DNA of 61,908 nt, filler included, from Basidiobolus meristosporus CBS 931.73 (Eukaryota > Fungi > Basidiobolomycota), in NCBI GenBank assembly GCA_002104905.1. It is 3 parts of 3 records of this genome, joined end to end, with 100 filler letters (N's around TTAATTAATTAA, not from the genome) between each part and the next. Parts side by side here need not be neighbours in the genome. Positions count along the whole stretch, not along the records: positions 1 to 28,165 come from MCFE01000889.1; 2 more parts are not named here. One strand, given 5' to 3'. The translations under genes were made by a program, and so were the position numbers. The notes under the pieces are model-generated. The model was not told the DNA's origin. It searched no databases and was given only the letters and a program-made list of their open reading frames with translations. Position 1 is the first letter of the stretch. Each line of letters starts with the position of its first letter. Below are positions 1 through 11,275 of the stretch, piece after piece.

Positions 1-118
1 TGCCAAGACCATGTAAAAGTATAAATACTACTTTTACATTCAATAAATCATTAAGTGAAAACCACATAATCTACTTGTCCTCCCAATCACTTCCAATATC
101 TCCAAGACTCTTACAACA
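1..118 (+). repeat. 3' part of a Copia-1 family LTR (cut by the window edge); 3' or solo LTR
   Basis: Near-identical to the reverse complement of the LTR at 40136-40484; ends ...CTCTTACAACA and is not followed by the GGTTATGAGCCC PBS. Confidence 0.9.
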
Positions 119-494
119 TTATTATCAATACTCTGGCAGCAGGCCATCAACCCCCTGATTGTACTCATAGCAGTCCCCAGTACTGATATAACTGAGCTCT
201 TCCCTGTACCAAACAATTGCGTCAATTCAACCACCAAATATGGATGGCACAGAATCAGATGATAATAAAGGAAAGAGGCATTTAAGGTTTTGCCATGAGA
301 GAAGCATGCACATCTAAGGATGTTACAGAGGATGCTACAAAGTGTAGGAAAAGAAAATAAAGGACCTGACCTCAATGTCCATAAGGTCTAATAAAAAAAC
401 TCTGATAATGCTGTCAAAGTATTGGTAAAATATCAAGATTCTGTAACGTACTGATATTAATGGCATTAAAACACTGTATAAAGAGTGTTAGGGT

Positions 495-779
495 ATAATC
501 CCAGCAGCTTGAATTATTGACTCTCCATACAAGTTTAAGACAGGATTGTATTAGTATTTTTCTGATTTAACTGTGAAATAAAGCAAAAAAGATGATGGTG
601 TTTCAGCAGTCTCTGAACAGGTATTGCATGGAATTCTGATGGTCTTGATGCACTCTTCTTTTATTTGAGCAGACCTAGCCAGCCAATACATCCAATTGCA
701 TTTTATGGCAAGAAACTTGGCAGTGTTCTGGCAGCCCCATGGCTAACCTCTGCTGGCATTATTATGGCAGTACAGTGGC
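495..779. mobile_element. Fragment of the transposase-side subterminal region of the CMC/EnSpm element
   Basis: Aligns by eye with 38460-38750 and 58290-58580 (CCAGCAGCTTG...CATCCAATTG...GGCAAGAAAC...GGCATTAT); cut at 779 by another CMC terminus. Confidence 0.65.
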
Positions 780-2295
780 CCCTATGAAAGATTATTGTTA
801 TGATCCCATCAAAAGGCCATCACAAAGTTAAAGTCCCATGACTTAAAGGTACTGATCCCATCAGGACACTGTCTAGAGACCATTGAAAAATAATTGCACA
901 CCAGATTTCACAAAAAACTTAGTCAAGATTTTTGATCACAACAATGTACAAGTGGCTTTTGGTTGGTTCCCTGCCAATTTGCTCAATTTCTGATCCTGGA
1001 CACTCTATTGCCTCCTACATTTGTGTCCATTGATTGGCTATTGCCTCTTTTGTACACTCCTTACTTCCTGACTTAACCACTTCTCTTACTTTTCATGCAT
1101 ACATATTGATTTATTTCTGTTGAAACTTCAATTGTACCTGAATTGCCAATTGTATTGACCTATACAAGTCCCTAAACCCTACACTAACATTAAGCCCAAC
1201 CCCACACTCAACAAGTAACTCCATTAAAATCCACCACTCAATAAGTATTTCTGCTGTAATGCTCTGGTCCCGCTACTTTGGCAGGAACCCCACAGCTTTC
1301 ACCTCATCTGCCAGTCTTTGCATTAAATCCTTGTAATATTCCAGTGCATTTTCATGAGCACTGCTCTTGAAGAAGTGCTGGAAACTCTTGGTGTGCCTAT
1401 TGATGTTGCAAAATTTCACTGAAGGCATTGTGATAGTCTTTTGAGTTCTTGACATTGTAGCCTTGTCTGTCAGTGGGATCTCCACTCTGTCAACAATGAA
1501 GGATGTGGAGGCTGTGGTAGACAAATTGCCTTTTTCTGCAAACTCATCTACCTTGCTGCAGTGTAGCTCAACTGGCTGTACTTCCAACTCTTATAAAAAC
1601 AGCTGTTGTCTTGTTGGTAAATCTTCTTTGCTATGAAGGGATTTGGTCTGTTCCAGGCTTGCAGTGTTGATTGGCAAGAACTGCAGTTTTTTTGCATGAC
1701 TCCCTGTCTCAGGCTTGGGTAGACATTTCTCCCTTTACCTTTCCCTTTATTCCTGCCAGGTATTTCACTGCTACTTTGTCTGAGTGCTGCTTGTAAAGAA
1801 CTATGTTTTCTCCTGGATAAATTCTGCTCTGACCCATCTGTTTTGTCCTGCTTGTCCCTTGCTGGCACTCTTCTGGTAACATGATGTCTCTTTTCAGCTT
1901 GTTTTGAGCTCTCAACTATAGTTGCGACGGACTCCTGTAAAAGTGACTGGTTTTTATCACTGCTAGGTCCTTCACTGCCACTTTGAATGAGTGCTGCTTG
2001 AGTTGTTCTACACTTTTCTCTTGATAAATGTTGTGCTGGTGCATTTGTGTCTGCCTGCTTGTCCCTAATTGGCACTCTTCAAGCTACTTGATGTCTCTTT
2101 AACACTTGTCTGGAGCTTTTGGCCCTGCTTGTAACAGCTCTTGAGGAAGCTGCTGGCTTTTAGCCATGGCACCCGTGTTCTTCTGACTTTGATAGTATCT
2201 GTCATTCTTAAGATACTTTCTTAGCATACAAATATTGACCCAAAATCCATTTGCCCAGCTGAATCCAGGATAATGCTCATGGAACAAGTCAAGTA
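780..2295 (-). mobile_element. CMC/EnSpm element, ORF2-side half with terminal inverted repeat; ORF2 pseudogene (C-terminal two-thirds)
   Basis: Starts CCCTATGAAAGATTAT at 780. ORF fragments 1273-1587, 1548-2075 and 2099-2368 match the recurrent ORF2. Truncated by the Gypsy-1 LTR at 2296. Confidence 0.8.
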
Positions 2296-2681
2296 TGTGA
2301 GTACTCAATGTAGTACCCACTCTTTGCCCAAGAGTTCTCCTAAGAGTTCCCTCCAGAGTCCTACCCAAAGTCCTCCAGTACCCTCCCTATGATTCCCCCA
2401 CGCGTCCTCCCCTCCTATCCCTGCCCTTATCTAGTTAGAACACTTACCATAACAGGAAGGTGTTCACACCCCTATTTTATAACACATTGTCTATTGTCTA
2501 ACCCCCCCAAGTGATATATATATCTACCCAATTGAATCAGGAAGAACAACAAGATTTGGACAAAATAAACAGAAGTCTTTATTACCTTGCTACCTTCTAT
2601 TGGAAGCTATTCTGAACCAAGTGGTACTGACTTGACCTACAAGCTCTCCCACTCACCAAGTACAGTCAGTAATAACCCACA
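2296..2681 (+). repeat. 5' LTR of Gypsy-1
   Basis: TG...CA ends, TATA-like TATATATA near 2513, AATAAA near 2564; followed by a PBS and gag; interrupts CMC ORF2. Confidence 0.75.
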
Positions 2682-2685
2682 TATT

Positions 2686-2697
2686 TGGTGCCATCTC
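2686..2697 (+). promoter_or_regulatory. Primer-binding site of Gypsy-1, probably tRNA-His
   Basis: TGGTGCCATCTC, 4 nt after the LTR end; complementary to the 3' end (GAGAUGGCACCA) of fungal tRNA-His(GUG) as recalled from S. cerevisiae. Confidence 0.7.
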
Positions 2698-2722
2698 TGC
2701 AGAAATAAGCACAAGTGAGGTA

Positions 2723-3595
2723 ATGACTACTACAATCAAACTAAAAACATACAAGGGAAAGAGAGAGAAAGCCCTTGAGTGGTTTGATAAGTTTGAGAGA
2801 GTTGCGGTTGATGCAGGATGGGACGACAATAAGAAAGTAAGAGAGTTTGCAAGACATATGGAAGGGTCAGCATGGCAATGGCATTATGGGTTGGAAGACG
2901 CAGTCAAAGACGACTGGGATGCACTAGAAGAAGCCTACAAGACACGCTTTCTATATGCCAAAGGATACCACTACAAAGCCCTTCTACTGTCCTTGCGGAA
3001 GAAAAGCAGTGAAAGCTATGAAGCCTACACTGAACTGTTTCTCCAACAAGTTTGATGTCTCCCAAAGGACAAAATTGCCAAACGACAGCTCATGAGGTAT
3101 TACATCATGGGCTTAGACGACAAAATAAGACGTAGGGCATCCAAAGAACAACAGGGATGTAAGATGTTGCAAGAGTTGGTCAAACAAGTACGAGGGGTCA
3201 TCTTGCTATGGGGGCTACCCTATAGTGATACGAATGATCAAAGGACAGGGATCCCCTGTAAGAAAGGAAAAATTGCCTCCCCGAAAGACCGTGAGTTAGA
3301 GGAATTACGGCAAAAGGTCCAAGAACTCTCAATCAACAATGTCCAAGAAGTCCCCAAAGAAGGTGATAAACTCTGGGAAGCTGTTGCAGATCTAAAGGCC
3401 CAGGTTCAAGTCCTGACCCAACAGATGGAACGACCGCGACAACAGTATCTGTGTTATGTGTGTGGAGAAGTAGGTCACCGGGCCCATGAATGTGAAAAAC
3501 GGTACGGAAGAGAAGCCATACTGGACACAAAAGAGAAGAAGGCGTCAAAAGACAGAGTCCCTTGCCAGGAGGCCAACGGGACTCAGGCAATCTAA
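2723..3595 (+). pseudogene. gag: Ty3/Gypsy gag (Gypsy-1) with CCHC zinc knuckle and one in-frame TGA
   Basis: Retrotransposon-gag-like WFDKFERVA...AWQWH and CYVCGEVGHRAHEC; ORFs 2723-3055 and 3092-3595 are in the same frame. Confidence 0.9.
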
Positions 3596-6500
3596 GCCCT
3601 CCGGTCAGGACAATCAAAGTGCGGAAGAAGAAGCGTTGACATGATGCTTCTAGAGAGGAGGCAAAGGAACCTGTAGTAGAGGTTCCGTCAAAAGGAAAGA
3701 GCGCGGAATTAGGTGAAGAAGTACGGAATGAGCCTTGGGAAGAAGTGTTAAAGCGAACAAAGAATGCTAGCACATCTTCCCATGGCCTATTCCCCATAAT
3801 GAAGGTACTAGAGCAAACCAAGGCAACCCTCCCAATAACCAATTTACTGGGACTGGCCCCGGCTCTAGTCAAGGAACTGATAGAGGGATTGAAGGAGATA
3901 ATGACCCTCCATGTCAACCAGACAGTCCTGCAAAAACCGAATAAAGGTACATATGTAAAGGTACATATAGAGAATAAGGAGATTCTTGCCCTTATCAACA
4001 CAGGATCCTCTACGTTGATCATGTCAGAGTCATTAGCAAAACGTCTAAAACTAAATATAGTCCCCAACAACACCATTTGAGTACGGTTAGCAAATGACCA
4101 ACTGGATACAACGGTAGGTGTGGTGCCTAATTGCCCCATTTGGCTAGGCAACTTGATAATACGCCAAGATGTTGTGGTCCTACCCGTTGCAGCCAACAAC
4201 TTACTCATTGGCGAGTGTTGGTTTATCCAACATAAGATGGATATACTTTACAGTGCATCTGAACTCAGGTGGGATACCAAGAGTATCCCACTGATTCATA
4301 TCACCAATGAGAGCAAGGCGCATAGCAACAGTGTGACGATTGAAGAGGTGAAACCGGCGCAGTCTCCAATCATCACATCAAAGGTGATAAAAATACCACC
4401 CGCCAGTGAGACGTTGATCTCATTAGAAACACCAATAGCTTATTCAACAAGCGGAAGAATGATAACCGCAGCAAAAGCATCCAAGCAACTGGAAGGAATC
4501 TCAATCCCTAAAGTATGGATACCACCGAAATTTGAAATGCAAAGCCTGAAATGCTTAGTGGTTAACAACGGGCAACACATGGTGACATTGCCTAGAGGAG
4601 TGCCATTGTTAAACTTAGAGGAAGTTGACGGAAACAACCAAGGACCACCTCCAAACAAAGAACCAGAAGAAGAACTCCCTGAACTAGATGTGGACCCCGG
4701 TCTACCGCCTACGTTACGAGACAAATTCCTAGAAGGAATACGTCCGCTTGCCCAAGTATTCTCTAAGAACCAAGTAATTGGTCATATACCTGGGGTATAT
4801 CACCAAATCCACCTTGCCAACAAATACCACATCAAGCAAAAAGCCTATAGGAATTTGAAAATTGACACAGACTATATCAAAGAGACAATTGAAACTTTAT
4901 TAAAAGACAACATCATTACAGAGAGCCAGTCTCCGTGGGCCTCCCCCGTAGTGATAGTCCTGAAGAAAGACGGAAAGCGACGCTTTTGCATTGACTACCG
5001 GAAATTGAACGCCGTCACCCGGAAGGACGTGTATCCGCTACCGCGAATAGATGACCTCTTGGACAGATTAATTGGAGCTAAATATTTTAGCTCTCTTGAC
5101 TTAATCTCCGGGTATTGGCAAGTAGAAGTAGCCCCGGAAGATCGACCCAAAACCGCTTTTATAACATTGTTTGGATTATACGAATGGAACCAACTACCCC
5201 TTGGCTTGTGCAATGCCCCCGCTACGTTCCAAAGGATGATTGACAAGGTGCTACGAGATCTACAATGGGAATGCACCCTTGTGTATCTGGACAACATCAT
5301 GATATATTCCCCCAATGTAGAAGAACATATACACAACGTGCAACGTATCCTGACATCCCTCCTCAAGAACCAACTCAAACTGCATCCCAAGAAGTGCCAT
5401 TTCCTGTATACAAAATTGTTGTTCCTGGGCCACGAGATCTCGGCAGATGGAATATAACCATCTACGTCACTCCTGAAAGCCGTTCAAAATGCACCTGCAC
5501 CAAAGGACATTAATGCAGTGTTGGGAATCCTAGGATTAGCCGGCTACTATTGCCGCTTTGTCAAAAACTTCGCGACAATAGCAGCCCCCCTATACAAATT
5601 GACGCGAAAGGGCCAGTGTTTTGTATGGCCAGAGCCTCAAAAGAGAGCATTCAATCAGCTGAAACATTCCCTGACGTCACCGCCAGTGCTACAATTTCCC
5701 AATTGGGATGCAAGATTTTTTATTAACTGTGATGGAAGCCTCACCGGTATAGGCGCCATACTGGGACAATACCACCAACCCGGCGAATTCCACCCAATTG
5801 GTTACGTGAGCCGTTTGCTAAACAAACACGAACGCCACTACCCCGTTACCAAGATGAAATGTCTGGCTGTTGTTTATTCAATTAAACAATTCCATACATA
5901 CATACATGGTTGCTGATTCACGATAGTAACGGACCACAGCGCACTGGTCTGGCTGATGAAAACTAAAGACTTTACCGGCCGACTAGCACGTTGGGCCCTA
6001 CGACTACAGCAATACAACTTTGAAATAATTCACCGTGCTGGCAAGAAACACCAGGATGCAGACTTCCTCAGTCGCTATCCTGTTTGCCAAATACGTGTCA
6101 GTGATGAGTACGAGGACGTAATCTGCTTTCAAAAGAAAGGGAGGTATCCCAAACATGTCGTACAAACAAACAGAAGAGAGAATTTTGAAGGAAAGGGTGT
6201 CAGTACAAAGTACAAGAAAATCGACTATGGTTCCTCTAAGAACAGTCCAGAGCCAAGGTACCCCCACTGGCAGCCCGTGAAGAAATCATACAAGAAAGAC
6301 ATATGTCATTAGGACACTCTAACCCCCTAACAACATATAAGATGTTAAGAAAAACGTTTTATTGGCAAAAAATGATGACCGACGTTACGAATACGTTACA
6401 AAGATGCACCACTTGCAAAAGATTCAACCGGAGTCAGAAGATAGGGACAACCGCACCAATACCGGTTGACCTGCCCTTCCACCAAGTAGGGATTGACTTT

Positions 6501-6616
6501 GTTGGCCCCTTTATGAAAACAAAGAAAGGAGAACAATACATAATAATTGCTACCGATTATTTCTCAAAGTGGGTAGAAGCCCAAGCCGTCCGCAATAAAG
6601 ATCAGAAGACAACCGC
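3490..6616 (+). pseudogene. pol: Ty3/Gypsy pol (protease, RT, RNase H, integrase N-terminal half), interrupted by stops and truncated at 6616
   Basis: ALINTGSS (degenerate DTG protease); WASPVVIVLKKDG, RFCIDYRKLN, YPLPRID, LDLISGYWQ, YLDNI (RT); CDGS, TDH, RLARWAL (RNase H); IGIDFVGP-like VGIDFVGP and TDYFSKW (integrase). Confidence 0.95.
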
Positions 6617-7687
6617 TGTGGTGGTGTATAGGTCCAAGGGAGAGATACGTCCAACACTTCTCAAGTGTTTTGTGTGTGGGGTGTTCACTGGGTGCAATAA
6701 CCTCTGGCAAAAGCTTGCTAGGAATACTTGGGTTGTGTCTCTAATCTAATGTGAAGGGGAATAAAGCCACAAGCTTGTCAAGGGAAAACTATTGAGCTAC
6801 AATCCCCAACTTAGTTGGTGTCTTAACAAAAGTATGTGCTGGGTTCAGCGTCCTTTGAGATGACAATGTACTAAAGCTTCCAAAGTCAAAACAGCTGTAA
6901 ACTCCACCAGCAGGGACTTGATAAGAATGCAGCTGTGGTCAATAGTTACAAAGACAGAAAAGTATCTTTGCCTGTACAAGAACAAACTTGGGAAAGAATC
7001 AAATATAATAAAAGATACCTACTCTGAGTATTCCTCACAAGTAGTGCCTCCAAGGTCAGTTGGCTGTCAGCGCAGTTTCCTGGGAGTGTCCTGTGGTCTG
7101 GGGTTGGAAGTTCAGGTAGCAGCAGGTAGCAGTGATCACACTAATCAACAAGTTGGTATATTGATAAAAGGGATGATGATTTATTATAGAGGGATAGCCT
7201 CCCTTATATACTTTTCTCACTGGCTAAGTGATTACCAATCATGGTGTTCCAGAAGGTTCCGGAGATCAATAGAAATCTTAATGACATCAGAATGACCTAA
7301 GAATGTTCTAAGTAGGTGCCGGAAGGTTCTAAGAGGCACAGCACATGCAACCAATCAGGAATCAGTATTCTGAAACCTGTGTAACATGGGGATACCATAT
7401 ATGGTATGGAAATGGTAGGGATGGTGACACGGGCTGATCATGTGTCACGGGTACTGGTGCGGGTACTTGCCTAATATAGAAGTACTTATAGCTAGTAATC
7501 TTACATAAAGTGAGGGGTAACTTATGCAATAAGGTAAGCAGGTGTGATAGTCAACCGGCTTATGGGATAGTACTGATTGGGTAAGACAAATGGGATAAAA
7601 CTAAAATAAGTGTAGTAGAGATATAGGGAAGTAGAAAATAAGGGAATGAGCACATCTGTCAGTGGGTGTCACTGTCACCCCACTACA
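6617..7687 (-). repeat. Putative ~1.07-kb solo LTR of another LTR family, truncating the Gypsy-1 integrase
   Basis: On the minus strand it starts TGTAGTGGGG and ends CCACCACA, with TATATAA (~7205) upstream of AATAAA (~7180). Flanks CCGC/GCGC do not form a clean TSD. Confidence 0.55.
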
Positions 7688-8023
7688 GCGCAGCACCTGT
7701 GAAAATGTTACAAGATTTGATTTGCTAGTTCAAAAGTTACACACAATCAAACTCACTATGGTAATCCTAGCAATAGTGGCTGAGTATAAGTATTACTTGG
7801 ATTCTTTAGGTCATAACTCCTTAAGTACTGCTTCAAATGAGCTGTAATTGAAGCATGTGTTAGTTACTGCGTGTTCTGTATGACATAATATTCTTAGGTG
7901 GATTGCTTGTCAGGGTCTAGAGTATTTGTCCTTCAAAGTTGGAATTTCTTGATCTTTCACTTGTGTGTTACAATAGCAAAAAGCAGAATAAAGAAATGAG
8001 TGCAATATTGGTTTTCAGATATT

Positions 8024-8369
8024 AGGCTTGTTCCATTGGATAGTGCCACATTGAGCCATGAATGCCAAGTGATGCTATAGTGTGCCAGAGAAACCAAGTG
8101 AGCCTCTACCTGGCCACAGAGTGTGAAACTTATCTCCTCATCTTCATGCAAAGCAGCCCCTGTGTTTCACCTATTGTGCTGGAGAAAATCCATTTTTTGA
8201 CCTTTTTTTTGGATCAATGATGTGCAGAATGTGTAAGAGCACAAGCAGATTGAAAATATGCATGTGGTACTCAATACCCATGGCACTCTGAATCTAGCTC
8301 CTGTAGCTTGTATCATGTCACAAAAATGAATGGCACTATCTTGGTCCACTGTTACTAACTGGCACTATA
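8024..8369. mobile_element. Orphan ~345-bp arm of the AGACTTGTT foldback/MITE family
   Basis: Direct-repeat copy of 8394-8740; begins AGGCTTGTTCCATTGG, preceded by ATT. Confidence 0.8.
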
Positions 8370-8393
8370 TTTAATTATTAGCCCCAAAGTGAT

Positions 8394-9127
8394 AGACTTG
8401 TTTCATTGGATAGTGCCACATTCATCCATGAGTGCCAAATGATGCCATAGTGTGCCAGGGAGGCCAAGTGAGCCTATAGTTGGCAACAGAGTTTAAAGCA
8501 TAGCTCTGCATCTTCATGCAAGGCAGCTGCTATGTTTCAGCTATGATGCGGGAGAAAATCCATTTTTTGACACTTTTTTGTGGTACAATGTTGTGCAGGA
8601 TATGTAAAAGCACAGAAGAACTGAAGACATGCATCAGGTGCTGAACACCCATGGCACTCTGAATCTAGCTCCTGTGGCTTGTAGCAAGTAACAAAAATGC
8701 ATGGCACTATCTTGGTCCATTGGTACTAGCTGGCACTATAGGTGCTTTGTATAGATCTTAATCTAAGACTAATAAATAAATATAGTGCCAGATAGTACCA
8801 GTGGACTAAGATAGTGCCATGCATTTTTGTGACATGTTACAAGCCACAAGAGCTAGATTCAGCATGCCATGGGTATTGAGTGCCTGATGCATGTCTTAGA
8901 TACTTTTGTGCTCTTACACTTCCTGCACAACATTGACCAAAAAATAGTGATCAAAAAATGGATTTTCTCCAACACCACAGGTGAAACACAGGGGCAGCTT
9001 TGCATGAAGATGCAGAGCTATGTTTCACACTCTATGGCCAAGTATAGGCTCACTTGGCCTCCCTGGCACACTATAGCATCATTTGGCACTCATGGCTCAA
9101 TGCGGCACTATCCAACAGAACAAGTCT
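8394..9127. mobile_element. ~734-bp foldback/MITE with ~345-bp inverted arms (8394-8740 and 8781-9127) and a 40-bp spacer
   Basis: Termini AGACTTGTT...AACAAGTCT; the arms are reverse complements over their whole length, e.g. ATGGCACTATCTTGGTCCA / TGGACTAAGATAGTGCCAT. Confidence 0.85.
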
Positions 9128-11130
9128 AATATGTCTGCAATCATTTCATCTGTAGGACAGTAAACTAAGCTAACTAGGTTATTCTCTATAGCTTCACATA
9201 TGAAATGATGTCTAATATCTATGTGCTTAGCTCTAGCATTGAAAGTTGGATTTCTCCCTAGTTGTATACATCCTTGATTATCTTGAAATATAATATTGGT
9301 GTTTTTTAACATAGGCCTAAATCTGTAAAAAGCTTTCTTAACCACATTACTTCTTTAGTAGCTTCAAAGGCTGCCATGTACTTTGCCTCTGTGGTACAAA
9401 GTGCTATGTTTGCTTGCTTTCTTGAATTCCATGAAATTACTCCTTTGCAGTAAAGAATGGTGTATCATGTGGTAAATCTTCTGTCTTCCAAATTTTGTCC
9501 CCAATCAGCATCAGAGTATCCCACAAGATCCTGTTTGGAAACCTTATAGGTGTATCATAAGCAGATATCAGCAGTTCCTTTTATGTATCTAAAAATCCGC
9601 TTAACTACTGCAATATGATCAGATCTACAGTACTGATTTTGTTGGCTGACAACTCCCACTGAATATGAGATATCTGAGCATGTTACAAGCTTGAAATACA
9701 TCAGTCTGCTGACTGTAGATTAATAAGAATAGTTAGGGCTTTCAGATGGCACTAAGCACTCATAATTTGGTTGAGTTTTGAATAAGCTAAGGTTTGTCTC
9801 CATTGGGGTAGCTGCCAGTTTACAGTCTCCCATTTAGTACTTTGTTAGTATATCTCAAATATACTTGGATTAGCTTAGGGTAATAGTCTTGGTACTTCTG
9901 TCCATGGAGAACTTAATCCCTAAGTAGTACATGAGTTCTCCTAGATTGGATATCTTGAACTTCTTTGATGGGCTGGATTTAGTCTCATTCAATGTTTCTA
10001 GCTTATTGGCCGCTATAGTGAGATCATCCATATTTAGTGCTAATATCACTGGATTTGCCCTATCTAACTTGGCTATTGGTGCAAAGCTCTCTGTATAGTC
10101 AAGTCCTTTTGCTTGAGAGTATCCTTAGGCCACAAGTCTTGCTTTGTATCTTTCAATTGTACCATCAGCCTTGTATTTTGTCTTGAAGACCCATCTGAGG
10201 GTTATTTCAGGCCTCTTTTACAGTCTGGGGCTCATCAGTATGGACTGAATACGCATAGGCTAAGTTGGTACCCTCATTGATATAGGAATTTGGGCTATTT
10301 GATGTCTGATTGGATCTCCAGGCATTTGATACTGGAATGATCACTTCTATGATTTTCCTGGGCACTGCTTTGGGCTGAACAATGGTTGTAGAGTCCTCTG
10401 GAGTGAAAAAACTCTTGTAGTATTGTACTGATTCAATGCTGACAATTGGTGGACTTAAGTTCAGATTTTTGTCATCATCTGATGTCATATTTTGTGAAAA
10501 TTTTTGTTTTTCATCAAATAACCCATCTGTGGACTTGATTAGCTTCTTTACTTTGGTATTGTAGAGTCAGTATGCTTTACTCTTGTTGCAGTAACCCTAA
10601 AATATGCATTTTACACTTTTTGTCTCAAATTTTGACTGGTTTTGGGGTAGTTTCTTAGCAAATGCTGTACACCAAAATACTCTTAGATGTTCTGCACTTG
10701 GTCTGTATCTGTACCATGCTTCAAATGGAGTAGAATCATGAAGTATTCTGTTATAGCTCCTATTCTCAGTTATACAGCAATGGCAACTGATTGTGCCCAA
10801 AGATCATAGGATAATTTTTGATCATGGATCATAGACCTTGCCATATCAATTATTGATCTGCTAGCATGTTCTGCTACTCCATTTTGCTGTAGAGAGTATG
10901 ATACAGTAGTCTCTTGCTTTCTCCTATGAATTTTGCAGATGTGGATGAAGAGTTTTGAGGTATATACTCCACCATTGTCAGAGTGGATTTTCTTGACTTT
11001 TGCACCAGCTTCTCTCTGAACCATGGCTTTAAGCTCCTTGAACTTAGACAGAGCTTTTTCCTTCCTCTCCATGAAGTTGACCCATGTGTATCTTGTACAA
11101 GCATCAATAATGGTGATTAAATACTTACCA
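9128..11130 (-). pseudogene. pol: Copia-1 internal fragment (integrase, RT, RNase H) with internal deletions and no LTRs
   Basis: HSDNGGVY, QQNGVAE, RAKHIDIRHHF, DEMIADI; collinear with 40570-42970 apart from deletions near 10070 and 10197. Confidence 0.9.
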
Positions 11131-11275
11131 GGACTCATACAAAATTTGGTGATTAGCTGCCAACCACTTCCCTCAAAAATTGCAACTGGATACTTTGAGA
11201 AACACCGCTGAATACCAGCTAAATACTGTTAGAATACCACCAGATTACTAGCTGAAAATCCAATGCGTTCCAAGA
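11131..11275. repeat. Partial copy of the long inverted-repeat arm found at 30570-30910 and 36665-37006
   Basis: AAATTTGGTGATTAGCTGCC...AATACCAGCTAAATAC...TTAGAATAC matches 36845-36990. Confidence 0.65.

Noticed and set aside
3333-4208. 291-aa minus-strand ORF, and similar ORFs at 4440-4724 and 4995-5390
   Set aside because: Antisense shadows of Gypsy-1 gag-pol with no recognisable motifs.
6918-7295. 125-aa ORF inside the putative solo LTR, and the many 60-100 aa ORFs in LTRs and termini
   Set aside because: No motifs; expected by chance in decayed repeats.
7688-8023. Possible Copia RT remnant (VQKLHTIKL...ILAIVAEYK)
   Set aside because: The similarity is too short and decayed to annotate with defined boundaries.
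8024-9127. CRISPR-like or satellite array
   Set aside because: The units are ~345 bp, include an inverted copy and have no unique spacers of regular length; a foldback transposon explains them.
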